A DNA stretch of 64,000 nucleotides, taken from Pseudomonadota bacterium. Its GTDB lineage: Bacteria > Bdellovibrionota > Bdellovibrionia > Bdellovibrionales > Bdellovibrionaceae. This document shows, piece after piece, positions 38,115-48,837 of this stretch. The stretch is taken from positions 96,001 to 160,000 of the forward strand of contig JBEGVH010000030.1 in the NCBI GenBank assembly GCA_041178425.1, given 5' to 3'. Numbering within the stretch: position 1 is the stretch's first letter; the number at the start of each line of letters is the position of its first letter. Both the position numbers and the translations under genes were made by a program. A model generated the notes under the pieces. The model was not told the origin of the DNA. It saw only the letters and a list, made by a program, of their open reading frames with translations, and made no database searches.

Positions 38115-38774
38115 TCAGCTTTCTATAATTTTAGCATTAGATACTATGCTTCTATAGACAGCATCGACAGATTGGTCGCCATTTACCTCTTTAACTACCT
38201 CAAAACCACCATAGTAACTCTTAAGTGCATCAGCCACAGCCTCGTAGGTATCTAATCTGGAGAGAATTACCTCTTCACGATCATCTGATCGCTGCGTTAA
38301 CTGACCACCACATTTATCGCATAAACCCTCAACTTTACTGGGATTATTTGAAATATGGTAGACAGAACCACAAGTCGAACAGACTCGTCTTCCAGTCAAA
38401 CGTGCTACTAAACCGCGTCGATCCACATTAATAAAAACTGCGGAATCGGCTTTTAAGTCATATTTTTTCAGGGTCTCATTTAAACTATGAGCCTGAGCGA
38501 CCGTCCTTGGAAAACCGTCAAAAATGAACGATTTTTTACCTTCTTTAAGGCGGTTGGATAGAACTTCATCCACCAACCCGATAACAACAGAATCAGGAAC
38601 GAGTTCACCCTTATCCATAAAGGCTTTCGCATCCCGACCTAAACTAGTGCCCTCGCGAATTGCAGCTCGCAATAGATCACCGGTGCTAATCTGATAGAAC
38701 CCAGCTTTTTCAACTAACAAGGCACTCTGTGTGCCCTTGCCAGAACCAGGAGCTCCAAATAGAAGCAGAATCAA
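38115..38774 (-). CDS. adk: Adenylate kinase with zinc LID
   Basis: GAPGSGKGTQ, STGDLLR, DGFPR, CSTC...CDKC; TTG start overlaps the secY TGA. Confidence 0.95.
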   Translation of the reverse strand: MILLLFGAPGSGKGTQSALLVEKAGFYQISTGDLLRAAIREGTSLGRDAKAFMDKGELVPDSVVIGLVDEVLSNRLKEGKKSFIFDGFPRTVAQAHSLNETLKKYDLKADSAVFINVDRRGLVARLTGRRVCSTCGSVYHISNNPSKVEGLCDKCGGQLTQRSDDREEVILSRLDTYEAVADALKSYYGGFEVVKEVNGDQSVDAVYRSIVSNAKIIES

Positions 38775-40093
38775 TATTGTACCCTCCGGCTCCTAATTTT
38801 TGCGCCCTTAAGAAAGCCGTCGTACTTTTGGGTCAACATGTGTGATTGAATTTGTTGAGAAGTATCAAGCGCCACTCCCACTAGAATGAGAAGGCTTGTT
38901 CCACCAAAATAGAATGGAACATTCAGAAGATCATTGAGCATTCCAGGTAGTACACAAATGGCAGAAAGGTAAGCCGCTCCGCCTACATTAATTCTCTCAA
39001 TCACAGCTTGGATATAATCTGAAGTACTTTGACCTGCGCGAACACCAGGGATAAAACCACCGTACTTCTTAAGGTTCTCAGCCACTTCTTTAGGGTTGAA
39101 AACAATCTCAGTGTAAAAGAAACAGAAGAAAACAATTAAGAGAACAAATAAAATATTATAAATGGCACCATTAGGGCTCAAAGACGTTTGAAGTGACTGA
39201 AGCCAGGGAGCCTTGAAAAACTGAGCCATGGTAGCAGGAAACATCAAAAGCGAGCTAGCAAAGATCGGAGGAATAACTCCGGAGAAATTTAATTTAAGAG
39301 GCAAATGACTTTGAGGGACTGTCATTGCAGACTTCCCTGTACCTCTTTGAGAATACTGAATTGGAATTTTACGTTGAGCCACCTCAACGTAAATGACGGC
39401 GGAGATAACCGCGATCATCAGCGCGATAATTCCGAGAGCTGCCGCCGCTGAAATTTCGTTATTGGAAACAAGCGCAAATAAACTTTGAGCACCAGCAGGG
39501 ATTGAAGCTGCGATACCTGTAAAAATGATCAAGCTTGAACCGTTACCGATCCCACGTTCGGTGATTTGCTCTCCCAACCACATAATAAAACAGGTTCCGG
39601 CTGTGAGAGTGAGAACAGTCATTAATTGGAAAGGCAAGAAGCCAACATGAGAAGAAAGAACGAGGGGCTTACCCTCTGGGCTCGCTGATCCCATAAGCCA
39701 ATTACTAATAGCAAGACCCTGAACAATCGCTAACAACACTGTTGCATAACGAGTGTATTGATTAATTTTCTTGCGGCCCTGCTCACCTTCTTTTTTCAAA
39801 GATTCAAGGTAAGGAACCGCAGAAGTTAACAGTTGAAAAATGATAGAAGCGGAAATATAGGGCATTATTCCCAAAGCAAATACGCTGAATTGACTTAGAG
39901 CTCCACCAGTGAAGGTGTTGAATAGACCAAATATACCAGCGCTTTGTGCTTGGAAAAATGAAAGGACCGCCTGATTATCGACCCCGGGAGTCGCAATATG
40001 AACCCCAATTCGATAAACCGCCAAAATCCCTAGCGTGTAAAGAATCCTTCGTTGTAAGTCGGCGTTTTTAGAAAGCCCTTCCATTGTTGCCAC
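38771..40093 (-). CDS. secY: Preprotein translocase subunit SecY
   Basis: LGIMPYISASI, GIGNGSS, FIPGVRAG, FGGTSLLI. Confidence 0.97.
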   Translation of the reverse strand: MATMEGLSKNADLQRRILYTLGILAVYRIGVHIATPGVDNQAVLSFFQAQSAGIFGLFNTFTGGALSQFSVFALGIMPYISASIIFQLLTSAVPYLESLKKEGEQGRKKINQYTRYATVLLAIVQGLAISNWLMGSASPEGKPLVLSSHVGFLPFQLMTVLTLTAGTCFIMWLGEQITERGIGNGSSLIIFTGIAASIPAGAQSLFALVSNNEISAAAALGIIALMIAVISAVIYVEVAQRKIPIQYSQRGTGKSAMTVPQSHLPLKLNFSGVIPPIFASSLLMFPATMAQFFKAPWLQSLQTSLSPNGAIYNILFVLLIVFFCFFYTEIVFNPKEVAENLKKYGGFIPGVRAGQSTSDYIQAVIERINVGGAAYLSAICVLPGMLNDLLNVPFYFGGTSLLILVGVALDTSQQIQSHMLTQKYDGFLKGAKIRSRRVQY

Positions 40094-40097
40094 TAAA

Positions 40098-40526
40098 CTA
40101 TCCCTCTATCTTTCCACCAGCAGCTTCGATAGCTTTTTTCGCGCCCGCACTCACTTTCAAACCTTTGATAGTGATTGGGTGGCTAATTTTACCGTTAGCC
40201 AATACCTTAACCTGGTTACCCTGAGCCAAACCTGATTTCTTCAAAACATCAAGAGTAATTTCACCCTTGATACCCTCAAGATCTGCTAACTCGATAATTT
40301 GGTAAGTTACGCTAGATGGACACTTGAAACCGAATTTAGGAAGTCGTCTGATTAGAGGAGTCTGACCACCTTCGAATCCACGGCGAACTTTACCACCTGT
40401 GCGTGCTAATTGACCTTTATGGCCCTTACCAGCAGTTTGGCCAAGTCCTGACCCGCGACCGCGGCCTACTCTTTTTCTAGCGTGGCTAGATCCTTCTTTT
40501 GGTTTTAAAACCTCTAGTAAACTCAT
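40098..40526 (-). CDS. rplO: 50S ribosomal protein L15
   Basis: RVGRGRGSG, GFEGGQTP. Confidence 0.97.
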   Translation of the reverse strand: MSLLEVLKPKEGSSHARKRVGRGRGSGLGQTAGKGHKGQLARTGGKVRRGFEGGQTPLIRRLPKFGFKCPSSVTYQIIELADLEGIKGEITLDVLKKSGLAQGNQVKVLANGKISHPITIKGLKVSAGAKKAIEAAGGKIEG

Positions 40527-40527
40527 C

Positions 40528-40713
40528 TTACTTCTCCACCTGTACGTTCACCAAATGTTGAACCTTGAAAATCTGTCCTCTGTTAGCAGCATTATCCGCC
40601 AACTTGACAGACTGATGTCTTTTTCTAAGACCAAGAGCTGCTACAGTGGCTCTCTGAGTCTCTGTACAGCCAATAAGGCTTCGCTTTAATGTAATAACAA
40701 AAGATTTTGACAT
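40528..40713 (-). CDS. rpmD: 50S ribosomal protein L30
   Basis: RSLIG, ALGL, KVQHLV; position in the operon. Confidence 0.95.
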   Translation of the reverse strand: MSKSFVITLKRSLIGCTETQRATVAALGLRKRHQSVKLADNAANRGQIFKVQHLVNVQVEK

Positions 40714-40722
40714 AAAAATTTC

Positions 40723-41175
40723 CTATTCAGCCTTTTGCTTCAATTGTTTCAAACCGTCTAAAGTTGCACGAACGGCATTGTGTGCATTACGAGTACCAAC
40801 ACACTTAGTAAGAATATCTTTAACTCCTACTGATTCGAGAACTGCACGAACTGCACCACCAGCAATAACACCAGTACCAGGCGCAGCGGGCTTCATGATA
40901 ACTTTAGCTGCTCCGAATTTACCGATCACTTCATGCGGAATTGTTCTTGCCTGATGTAAAACAACTGAACGAGTCATTTTCTTTGCAGAACGACTAGCTT
41001 TTCCAATTGCTTCGGGAACTTCACCAGCTTTACCGGTTCCGATTCCAATTTCACCAGCCTTGTTACCGACAACAACTAAAGCTGCGAAAGAGAAACGACG
41101 TCCCCCTTTTACCACTTTAGCCACGCGATTGATGGCAACAACTCTTTCTTCGAACTCCACGCTTACTTTTTCCAT
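40723..41175 (-). CDS. rpsE: 30S ribosomal protein S5
   Basis: [23 protein letters not shown]; start chosen by Shine-Dalgarno spacing. Confidence 0.96.
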   Translation of the reverse strand: MEKVSVEFEERVVAINRVAKVVKGGRRFSFAALVVVGNKAGEIGIGTGKAGEVPEAIGKASRSAKKMTRSVVLHQARTIPHEVIGKFGAAKVIMKPAAPGTGVIAGGAVRAVLESVGVKDILTKCVGTRNAHNAVRATLDGLKQLKQKAE

Positions 41176-41185
41176 CATCAACTCC

Positions 41186-41554
41186 TTAGAAGTTTAGGCC
41201 GCCTTCGCGAGCGCCATCAGCAAGAGATTTAATACGACCATGATAAATAAAACCGTTACGATCGAAAACAACAGCTGATACTTTACCAGCCAAAGCTTTC
41301 TTCGCTAGCTCGACGCCTACCTTTTTAGCCATATCTACACCGTTGAGTTTGTCATCAACATTGAGTGATGAAAAAGCGAAAAGAGTTTTTCCGCTATTAT
41401 CATCAATCAAAGAAGCATAGATGTGTTTTGCGCTCTTGAATACACACAAGCGAGGGCGCTCAGATGAGCCAGCAACTTTCTTGCGAATACGAAGCTTTTT
41501 CTTCAAGCGTCCATTAACTTTTGGACTGGTGTGTTTTTTTAAAACTATTCTCAT
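41186..41554 (-). CDS. rplR: 50S ribosomal protein L18
   Basis: [16 protein letters not shown]. Confidence 0.97.
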   Translation of the reverse strand: MRIVLKKHTSPKVNGRLKKKLRIRKKVAGSSERPRLCVFKSAKHIYASLIDDNSGKTLFAFSSLNVDDKLNGVDMAKKVGVELAKKALAGKVSAVVFDRNGFIYHGRIKSLADGAREGGLNF

Positions 41555-41566
41555 ATTACACCCGCA

Positions 41567-42109
41567 TTACTTTCCTGCTGACTTACCAGCTTTTCTACGA
41601 ATCTTCTCATCTGAATATCTCACGCCTTTTCCAAGGTATGGCTCAGGTGGTCTGAATCCTCTGATTTTTGCTGCAACAGCGCCAACTAGTGCTCTGTCGT
41701 GTCCAGTAACAGAAATATTTGTTTGTTTTTCGACTTTAATTTCGATCCCTTCAGGAATCTCAAAAATAACAGGGTGGCTGAAACCAAGACTCATCTCTAG
41801 TTTCTTTCCTGCTACGTTTGCTCTATATCCAACACCGTGAAGTTCAAGATTTCTTGTAAAACCTTTTGAAACACCCATCACTGCGTTCTGAAGCAATGCG
41901 CGGTACATACCGTGAAGGCTGCTTGCAGCCTTAGTTTCTTCTTTTCTAGTGATAACTATAGTTTTACCTTCAACCTTAACACCGACTTCAGGACGAACTT
42001 TAACTGCGATCTGCTTATTACCAGACTTTACAGTCACTTCGTTAGCCGGAGTAATTGAAACCTGAACTTTATCATCAAACCCGATTGGGGCCTTACCAAC
42101 TCTCGACAT
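41567..42109 (-). CDS. rplF: 50S ribosomal protein L6
   Basis: MSRVGK, GVGYRA, RPPEPY.GKG. Confidence 0.97.
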   Translation of the reverse strand: MSRVGKAPIGFDDKVQVSITPANEVTVKSGNKQIAVKVRPEVGVKVEGKTIVITRKEETKAASSLHGMYRALLQNAVMGVSKGFTRNLELHGVGYRANVAGKKLEMSLGFSHPVIFEIPEGIEIKVEKQTNISVTGHDRALVGAVAAKIRGFRPPEPYLGKGVRYSDEKIRRKAGKSAGK

Positions 42110-42116
42110 TCTACAC

Positions 42117-42506
42117 CTACCAAACCTTACAAACGAGTTCGCCGCCGATATTCTCTTTTTGAGCAGTACGGCTGCTCATCAAGCCTTTGCTCGTGCTGAG
42201 AATACAGAAACCCAATCCAGATCGAACGGCAGGAATCTTATCGCCCTTAACGTAAAAACGACGACCAGGTCTGCTTGCTCTAACAACGTCAGAGATAGCA
42301 TGCTCGCCATTGTCATTATATTTAAGGTAAACACGCATAATACCTTGTTTACTGTCTTTAGCCACCTTGAAGGACCGAATCATTCCTTCTTCTGCGAGAA
42401 TCTTAGCTAAACCCTCTCTCATTTTAGAAGAGGGAACGTCTAACTTCTCATGTCCAGAAGCACCAGCATTTCGAATTCTTGTTAAAAACTCACCAACTGT
42501 ATCCAT
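42117..42506 (-). CDS. rpsH: 30S ribosomal protein S8
   Basis: LTRIRNA, SRPGRR, STSKG, GGE. Confidence 0.97.
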   Translation of the reverse strand: MDTVGEFLTRIRNAGASGHEKLDVPSSKMREGLAKILAEEGMIRSFKVAKDSKQGIMRVYLKYNDNGEHAISDVVRASRPGRRFYVKGDKIPAVRSGLGFCILSTSKGLMSSRTAQKENIGGELVCKVW

Positions 42507-42516
42507 TTTCTATTCC

Positions 42517-42822
42517 TTACCAACTTGATTTTGTAACGCCAGGAAGTTTACCGTCGAGGGCCAACTGTCTAAATGCTAGACGAGACAAGCCGAACTTCTG
42601 ATAATTACCACGAGGTCTGCCTGTCAACTGACAACGATTAATAACTCTAGCAGGAGAGGTATCTCTTGGTAGTTTCTGAAGCTTCAAGAAAGCAGCACTA
42701 CGTTCTTCTTCTGAAAGCTTAGGATCGATCGACTGAGCGCGAAGCTCTCTTCTCAATTTCCAAAACTTACTAGACTTTGCTTTTCTGCGATTATTTTTTT
42801 CAATAGATGCTAATCGTGCCAA
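42517..42822 (-). CDS. rpsN: 30S ribosomal protein S14, long zinc-independent form
   Basis: 101 aa; [22 protein letters not shown] start. Confidence 0.96.
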   Translation of the reverse strand: MARLASIEKNNRRKAKSSKFWKLRRELRAQSIDPKLSEEERSAAFLKLQKLPRDTSPARVINRCQLTGRPRGNYQKFGLSRLAFRQLALDGKLPGVTKSSW

Positions 42823-42837
42823 TTTTCACCTCGCCTA

Positions 42838-43377
42838 TTATTTTCTGAAAGGCATTCCTAATGCCTCAAGTAAAGCTTTTCCCTCTGCATCTGTCTTAGC
42901 TGAAGTACAGATTGTGATATTCATACCACGAGCTTTTTCAACTCTATCAAAGTTGATCTCAGGGAATACGATCTGCTCTTTCAAACCCATATTGTAGTTT
43001 CCACGGCCATCAAAACCTTTTGGCGGAAGACCACGGAAATCTCGGACTCTAGGAAGAGCTAGATTCATTAATTTATCCATAAAGGCGTACATCTTCTCAC
43101 GGCGAAGAGTAACTCGAGCACCAATTGCCAAACCTTCTCTAAGTTTGAAATTGGAGATCGCCTTTTTTGCATGCGTGATAACGGCCTTCTGCCCAGTGAT
43201 AGCAGTAATCTCATCAACAACAGTGTTCAAAACTTTTGGGTTTTGAATAGCTTCGCTAAGACAAACCGAGATCACGACCTTCTCAAGCTTAGGAACCTGC
43301 ATGATATTCTTAACACCCAACTGATTAACAAGTTGAGCGCTGATTTCTTTTCTGTATTTTTCTTCCAATCTATTCAT
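42838..43377 (-). CDS. rplE: 50S ribosomal protein L5
   Basis: [23 protein letters not shown] 43377 follows GAGGTG. Confidence 0.97.
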   Translation of the reverse strand: MNRLEEKYRKEISAQLVNQLGVKNIMQVPKLEKVVISVCLSEAIQNPKVLNTVVDEITAITGQKAVITHAKKAISNFKLREGLAIGARVTLRREKMYAFMDKLMNLALPRVRDFRGLPPKGFDGRGNYNMGLKEQIVFPEINFDRVEKARGMNITICTSAKTDAEGKALLEALGMPFRK

Positions 43378-43388
43378 ACGGCTCACCT

Positions 43389-43757
43389 CTATAGAACTTC
43401 CGGAGCTAAAGAAACAATCTTAACAAATTGTTTAGCTCTCAATTCTCTTGCAACTGGACCAAAAATACGAGTACCGATTGGTTCCTTAGCTGCGTTGATT
43501 AACACGGCTGAGTTGTCATCGAAACGAATATAGGTTCCGTCTGCTCTTCTAATCTGTTTTACGGTTCGAACAACAACAGCTTTCGCAACGTCGCCCTTCT
43601 TTACCTTAGCATTTGGAAGCGCTTCTTTAATAGAAACAACAATGATGTCGCCAATAGTTGCGTAACGGCGCTTTGAACCACCCAAAACCTTAATACAAGC
43701 AACCTCTTTGGCGCCTGAATTATCTGCTACTGTTAATTTAGTTTGCATCTGAATCAT
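43389..43757 (-). CDS. rplN: 50S ribosomal protein L14
   Basis: [22 protein letters not shown]. Confidence 0.98.
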   Translation of the reverse strand: MIQMQTKLTVADNSGAKEVACIKVLGGSKRRYATIGDIIVVSIKEALPNAKVKKGDVAKAVVVRTVKQIRRADGTYIRFDDNSAVLINAAKEPIGTRIFGPVARELRAKQFVKIVSLAPEVL

Positions 43758-43764
43758 GAGCTAC

Positions 43765-44037
43765 CTACCCCTTCACCGCTTCAACAACTTCGGCAAGGAC
43801 CCAACGCTTAGTTTTGCTTAGTGGTCTAGATTCGAAAATCTTTACGGTATCACCGATCTTAGCAATGTTTTTCTCATCATGAGCCTTCATTACGGTCGTC
43901 TTCTTAACGTACTTTCCGTATTTATCGTGCTTTACCATTCTATAGGTAACAACAGAGATGGTTTTATCCATTTTGTCGCTCACTACCTGCCCGATAACTT
44001 CTACTCTTCTTCCACGAGTCGAATTATTATTTTCCAT
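43765..44037 (-). CDS. rpsQ: 30S ribosomal protein S17
   Basis: SDKMDKT, AHDE, RPLSKTK. Confidence 0.97.
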   Translation of the reverse strand: MENNNSTRGRRVEVIGQVVSDKMDKTISVVTYRMVKHDKYGKYVKKTTVMKAHDEKNIAKIGDTVKIFESRPLSKTKRWVLAEVVEAVKG

Positions 44038-44044
44038 GTGCTAC

Positions 44045-44239
44045 CTACTTCACAGTCTTCTTTGTAGAGATTGCTGTATTGATACGTGCAATATCTTTTC
44101 TCAAAGTTCGAATCATTAAGGGGTTGCCAGCTTGTCCAATTGAATTTTTCATCTTCAAAGTGAACATTTCAGCAGCCAGTTCTTTTTTCTTCTTTGCGAG
44201 ATCCGTAATGCTTAGACTCTGCATTTCTGAGTACTTCAT
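44045..44239 (-). CDS. rpmC: 50S ribosomal protein L29
   Basis: RKDIARINT; position in the operon. Confidence 0.95.
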   Translation of the reverse strand: MKYSEMQSLSITDLAKKKKELAAEMFTLKMKNSIGQAGNPLMIRTLRKDIARINTAISTKKTVK

Positions 44240-44242
44240 ATT

Positions 44243-44650
44243 CTACTCCCGTACCAAAATACGTGTTTTAAAAGGAAGCTTATGCTGCGCAAGAGTAAAT
44301 GCCTCTACTGCCTGCTCACGCGTAACACCGTTAATCTCAAAAAGTACGCGTCCCGGCTGAATACGCGCTACCCAAAACTCTGGATTTCCCTTACCACTAC
44401 CCATACGAGTCTCAGCAGGTTTCTTTGTTACAGGTGTATGTGGAAATACTCTGACCCACATCTTACCACCACGCTTCACGCTTCTAGAGATGGCGATACG
44501 ACCAGCTTCAAGTTGGCGAGCAGTAAGCATGCCATCTTCGACTGCCTGTAGACCAAAATCTCCGAAATCCAATTTATTACCTTTAGAGGCTACACCGCCT
44601 CCGCGTCCGACATGCTGCTTACGCCATTTAACTCGCTTAGGACTTAACAC
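44243..44650 (-). CDS. rplP: 50S ribosomal protein L16
   Basis: [21 protein letters not shown] start. Confidence 0.97.
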   Translation of the reverse strand: MLSPKRVKWRKQHVGRGGGVASKGNKLDFGDFGLQAVEDGMLTARQLEAGRIAISRSVKRGGKMWVRVFPHTPVTKKPAETRMGSGKGNPEFWVARIQPGRVLFEINGVTREQAVEAFTLAQHKLPFKTRILVRE

Positions 44651-45302
44651 GACCAGCCTCCTCTACTTCACGCTGAGAAAGGATATCACCTTTATAGATC
44701 CAAACTTTCAAACCAATGATGCCATATGCAGTAAGAGCCTCAGCAGTACCATAATCAATGTCGGCACGAAGAGTGTGCAAAGGCACGGACTTTTCATTGT
44801 ACCATTCAGAACGTGCAATCTCAGCACCATCTAAACGACCAGAAACACGAACTTTTATTCCACGAACGCCGCCACGAATCGCAGCTGCAATGGCTTTCTT
44901 CATCGCTCTACGCCAAGAAATACGCTTTTCAAGTTGAAGCGCGATAGATTCCGCAACTAATTGAGCATCGATATCAGGCTTACGAACTTCTTGAATGCTC
45001 AAGAAAACTTCGTTTGGAGTCTGTTTTTGAACTTCAGCTCTCAAGGAATCAATCCCTGTGCCTTTTTTTCCAATCACAACACCAGGACGAGCTGTGTGGA
45101 TGATGATTTTAATCTTTTTAACCGCACGCTCCATTTCGATCTTTGCAACTCCAGCATGCTTAAGCTTTTGCTTAAGAAACTTACGGAGCTTGATATCTTC
45201 ATGAAGATTGTCAAAATAGTTTTGACCCTTGGCGTACCAACGAGAGTCCCAAGTACGAATAACACCAACACGCAATCCAATTGGATTTACCTTCTGTCCC
45301 AC
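44637..45302 (-). CDS. rpsC: 30S ribosomal protein S3
   Basis: [26 protein letters not shown] start. Confidence 0.98.
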   Translation of the reverse strand: MGQKVNPIGLRVGVIRTWDSRWYAKGQNYFDNLHEDIKLRKFLKQKLKHAGVAKIEMERAVKKIKIIIHTARPGVVIGKKGTGIDSLRAEVQKQTPNEVFLSIQEVRKPDIDAQLVAESIALQLEKRISWRRAMKKAIAAAIRGGVRGIKVRVSGRLDGAEIARSEWYNEKSVPLHTLRADIDYGTAEALTAYGIIGLKVWIYKGDILSQREVEEAGRVKS

Positions 45303-45304
45303 GA

Positions 45305-45637
45305 TTACCTCTCACCCAAAATTAAATTGATGTGACTAGTCTTTTTCATTACGCCGTAAGCACGACCCTGAGCTCGTGGGCGGAATCTCTTCAAAGAAGG
45401 ACCACCATCCACAGAAATCATCTTAACGAAAAGGTTGTCTGAGTCGACAGTTCCTTTTACGTCAGCGTTTGCAACCGCAGACTCAATGAGTTTTTTGATC
45501 ATTACAGCAGTTTTTTTATCGGAAAACTTAAGAATCTTTAGTGCATCAGAAACGTCTTTACCACGTACAAGATCAGCTACCAATCTTGCTTTCTGAGCGC
45601 CAACTCTTGCATATTTTAAACTTGCCTTTACTTCCAT
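45305..45637 (-). CDS. rplV: 50S ribosomal protein L22
   Basis: SAVANA, PRAQGRA, TSHI. Confidence 0.97.
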   Translation of the reverse strand: MEVKASLKYARVGAQKARLVADLVRGKDVSDALKILKFSDKKTAVMIKKLIESAVANADVKGTVDSDNLFVKMISVDGGPSLKRFRPRAQGRAYGVMKKTSHINLILGER

Positions 45638-45646
45638 TAGCTACCT

Positions 45647-45937
45647 CTACTTCTTACCTGGAGCAGGTGCCGCGGCTTTCTTTTCTGCGTGACCTGTAAA
45701 TGTCCTAGTTGGAGCGAATTCGCCAAGTTTGTGTCCGATCATGTTTTCAGTAACATAAACTGGTACAAACTTTTTTCCGTTATGAACGGCGAACGTCAAA
45801 CCTAGGCAATCTGGTGTTACCATAGAACGACGAGACCATGTTTTAATGACCTTCTTATCGTTCTTCTCGATAGCGTACTCAATCTTTTTTGATAATTGAT
45901 GGTCCATGAAAGGACCTTTTTTAGTTGAACGAGCCAC
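45647..45937 (-). CDS. rpsS: 30S ribosomal protein S19
   Basis: KTWSRRS, HNGK, GHKLGEF; GTG start. Confidence 0.97.
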   Translation of the reverse strand: MARSTKKGPFMDHQLSKKIEYAIEKNDKKVIKTWSRRSMVTPDCLGLTFAVHNGKKFVPVYVTENMIGHKLGEFAPTRTFTGHAEKKAAAPAPGKK

Positions 45938-45948
45938 GAGCTTCTCCC

Positions 45949-46767
45949 TTACCTACGTCTCTTAACAATGCTGCTGTTAGTACGTTTGTTGTTTCTAGTC
46001 TTATAGCCTTTACATGGTTTTCCCCAAGGAGTAACAGGGTGATGCCCCTTACCAACTCCCTCACCACCACCAAGTGGGTGATCGACAGGGTTCATAGCCA
46101 TACCACGAACTGTAGGGCGGATACCACGCCAGCGAGTCCGACCCGCTTTACCAAGACTAAGATTCTCATTATCTGTGTTTCCAACTTGACCAATACTTGC
46201 TCGGCAAACTGAAAGTATCAACTTCACTTCACCAGAAGGTAAGCGAACTTGGCAGTATTGTCCCTCTTTAGAAACAAGCGTCGCCTGAGCGCCAGCGCCT
46301 CTAGCAATTTGAGCGCCCTTACCAGGACGAATTTCGATATTATGGATAACTGTACCAACTGGGATTGCCTGCAAAGGCAGAGCATTTCCAGGCTTAATAT
46401 CAGCCTTTTCACTTGAAAGAACTGTGTCTCCAACATTCAATCCAACGGGGGCAACAATATATGCCTTTTGACCATCACGGTAATGAAGAAGAGCAATACG
46501 AGCCGTTCTATTGGGATCGTATTCGATAGCAGCAACAGTGGCTGGCACTTCAACTTTATGGCGAATAAAATCAACAAGACGGTAACGTCTCTTATGCCCA
46601 CCACCTCTGTGTCGAATAGTGATTTGTCCGTGGTTACCACGACCAGAATCCTTGTTTAGCGGCAGGGTTAATGATTTTTCTGGACGAGACTTTGTGATCT
46701 CAGAAAAGTCGAAGCCAGTTGCGCCGCGACTTCCGTGTGATCTTGGAGAATAAACTTTAATTCCCAT
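45949..46767 (-). CDS. rplB: 50S ribosomal protein L2
   Basis: [19 protein letters not shown]. Confidence 0.98.
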   Translation of the reverse strand: MGIKVYSPRSHGSRGATGFDFSEITKSRPEKSLTLPLNKDSGRGNHGQITIRHRGGGHKRRYRLVDFIRHKVEVPATVAAIEYDPNRTARIALLHYRDGQKAYIVAPVGLNVGDTVLSSEKADIKPGNALPLQAIPVGTVIHNIEIRPGKGAQIARGAGAQATLVSKEGQYCQVRLPSGEVKLILSVCRASIGQVGNTDNENLSLGKAGRTRWRGIRPTVRGMAMNPVDHPLGGGEGVGKGHHPVTPWGKPCKGYKTRNNKRTNSSIVKRRR

Positions 46768-46769
46768 AT

Positions 46770-47048
46770 TTAAACCCCTTCAAATACCGCAATTTTTTGA
46801 CCAGACTTCAACTTAACGAAGGCCTTTTTTGAGTAAGAAACCTTACCCAAGCCAAAACGTGTTCTCTTCGCGCGGTGACGAGAAACACTTGTATTTATTT
46901 TACTAACATTTACTTTGAACTGCTCTTCAACTGTTCGCTTAATATCAGCTTTAGTAGACTCAACAGTACAATCAAAAACATAAACGCCATCAGCTTGTCG
47001 GTAGGCATTCTTTTCAGTGATTAGTGGACGCAAGACTGTATTCTTCAT
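46770..47048 (-). CDS. rplW: 50S ribosomal protein L23
   Basis: PLITEK, KKAFVKL. Confidence 0.95.
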   Translation of the reverse strand: MKNTVLRPLITEKNAYRQADGVYVFDCTVESTKADIKRTVEEQFKVNVSKINTSVSRHRAKRTRFGLGKVSYSKKAFVKLKSGQKIAVFEGV

Positions 47049-47050
47049 GC

Positions 47051-47677
47051 TTACCCCTCAAGGCTGCAACGAGCAGCAATCTTCTCAACAGCATTTTGAC
47101 TAACCACAACGCTGTCGTATTTTAATAAGTCATAAACATTCAAGCCAGCAACACCAACATACTTGAACTTCTGAAGGTTCTTAGTTGCTCTCAAAACCAT
47201 TTCATTTGCAGCATCATCTACAACGAAAGCCTTATTAAGACCCAATCCAATAAGCTTAGTGCTCATGTCTTTCGTCTTTCCAGTTGACTCAATTTCGTTG
47301 ATAACGATGAGCTTTCCTTCTTTAACGAGATGAGACAACGCTACAGACAAAGCTACTTTTTTGAATTTTTTAGGAAGAGCATAAGTATATGATCGCGGCT
47401 GAGGACCAAAAGCAGTACCACCACCAGGCATTAAGATTGAACGATTAGAACCCTGACGAGCTCCGCCGGTACCTTTTTGCTTAAATGGCTTTTTACCACC
47501 ACCACTCACTAGACCTTTTGTTTTAGTCATATGAGTACCTTGGCGACGAGAAGCCAACTGCCAACGAACCATTTCATGAAGGACTTCAGTTGAGATTTCT
47601 CTTCCAAACACTTTTGGATCAAGCTCAATTTTTCCAACTTTTTCTTTTTTCCAGTTTAAAACATCTTGAACTAACAT
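47051..47677 (-). CDS. rplD: 50S ribosomal protein L4
   Basis: RQGT, QKGTGGARQGS, FGPQPR. Confidence 0.97.
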   Translation of the reverse strand: MLVQDVLNWKKEKVGKIELDPKVFGREISTEVLHEMVRWQLASRRQGTHMTKTKGLVSGGGKKPFKQKGTGGARQGSNRSILMPGGGTAFGPQPRSYTYALPKKFKKVALSVALSHLVKEGKLIVINEIESTGKTKDMSTKLIGLGLNKAFVVDDAANEMVLRATKNLQKFKYVGVAGLNVYDLLKYDSVVVSQNAVEKIAARCSLEG

Positions 47678-47679
47678 GA

Positions 47680-48348
47680 TTACGCCCTTGTCAATTTCAC
47701 GAGTGAATTTCTTGCTCCAGGAACTGGTCCCTTAACAAGAACAACATTGTGCTCTTCGATGATGTCGACAACTTCAACGTTTTTAACCGTTACAGCTTCA
47801 ACACCCCAGTGACCAGGAAACTTCTTGCCCGGCATAACACGACCTGGCCATGTTCTGTTACCAGATGAACCAGGGCGACGATGGAACTTAGAACCGTGAG
47901 CAGCAGGGCCGCCCGCCATTCCCCAGCGCTTTACAACACCAGCAAATCCATGCCCCTTAGAGACACCAGCAACATTTACTGTATCACCTTTAGTCAAGCT
48001 ATTGATAGAAACCGTGCTTCCCAACAACTCACCCGCTGGCAACTCCTGACGAAGCTCTTTTACATAAGCCGCACCAGCTGACAAACCAGACTTTGCAAAG
48101 TGACCTTTTTCAGCTTTTGAAGTATTCTTCTCAGCTTTAGAACCACAAGCCAACTGCAATGCAGAGTAACCGTCTTTTTCAACAGTTTTAACTTGTGAAA
48201 CAGTCAAAGTTTCATAACGTAGAACCGTTACAGGAATAGCCTCACCAGCTGCTCCATAAACAGTCGACATACCTTCTTTAAATAAAAAGAGCCCATTTAG
48301 TTTAAGCTCATTTTTGGTATTTGCTTGCGCAGTATTAGTATCGCTCAC
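47680..48348 (-). CDS. rplC: 50S ribosomal protein L3
   Basis: IPVTV, SKGHGFAG, HRRPGS, VKGPVPG; GTG start. Confidence 0.97.
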   Translation of the reverse strand: MSDTNTAQANTKNELKLNGLFLFKEGMSTVYGAAGEAIPVTVLRYETLTVSQVKTVEKDGYSALQLACGSKAEKNTSKAEKGHFAKSGLSAGAAYVKELRQELPAGELLGSTVSINSLTKGDTVNVAGVSKGHGFAGVVKRWGMAGGPAAHGSKFHRRPGSSGNRTWPGRVMPGKKFPGHWGVEAVTVKNVEVVDIIEEHNVVLVKGPVPGARNSLVKLTRA

Positions 48349-48360
48349 AATACACTCCCA

Positions 48361-48678
48361 TTATACGACAGACAATTTAATCTCAACATCAACACCCGCA
48401 GACAGATCAAGCTTCATGAGCTGATCAATTGTTTGCTGAGTGGGCTCCAAAATATCCAACATTCTCTTGTGCGTTCGAATTTCGAACTGCTCACGAGATT
48501 TTTTATCTACGTGCGGAGATCTGAGGACTGTAAATTTATTGATCCTTGTTGGAAGAGGAATTGGGCCTGCGATCTTTGCACCAGTTCTTCTTGCAGTGTC
48601 GACAATTTCCCTAGTCGATTGATCTAGGAGCTTGTGATCAAAAGCTTTAAGGCGAATTCTGATCTTCTGACTTTGCAT
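48361..48678 (-). CDS. rpsJ: 30S ribosomal protein S10
   Basis: [30 protein letters not shown]. Confidence 0.98.
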   Translation of the reverse strand: MQSQKIRIRLKAFDHKLLDQSTREIVDTARRTGAKIAGPIPLPTRINKFTVLRSPHVDKKSREQFEIRTHKRMLDILEPTQQTIDQLMKLDLSAGVDVEIKLSVV

Positions 48679-48800
48679 ACTACTCTCATTTAGTTGTTCG
48701 TTTTTGCCATGCCATCAATTCGTTTTTCCGGAAGAGGAATTTGAACAATCCCTAAAGGTTTTCCGATCGAATCTGGCTACTTTAAAAGCGTTAGGCCGGT

Positions 48801-48829
48801 ACTATCTTGAATCCGGCCCCTCTAGTCAA
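48801..48829 (-). promoter_or_regulatory. Putative sigma70 promoter of the S10 operon
   Basis: TTGACT-N17-GATAGT between fusA and rpsJ. Confidence 0.6.
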
Positions 48830-48837
48830 GAAGAAAT

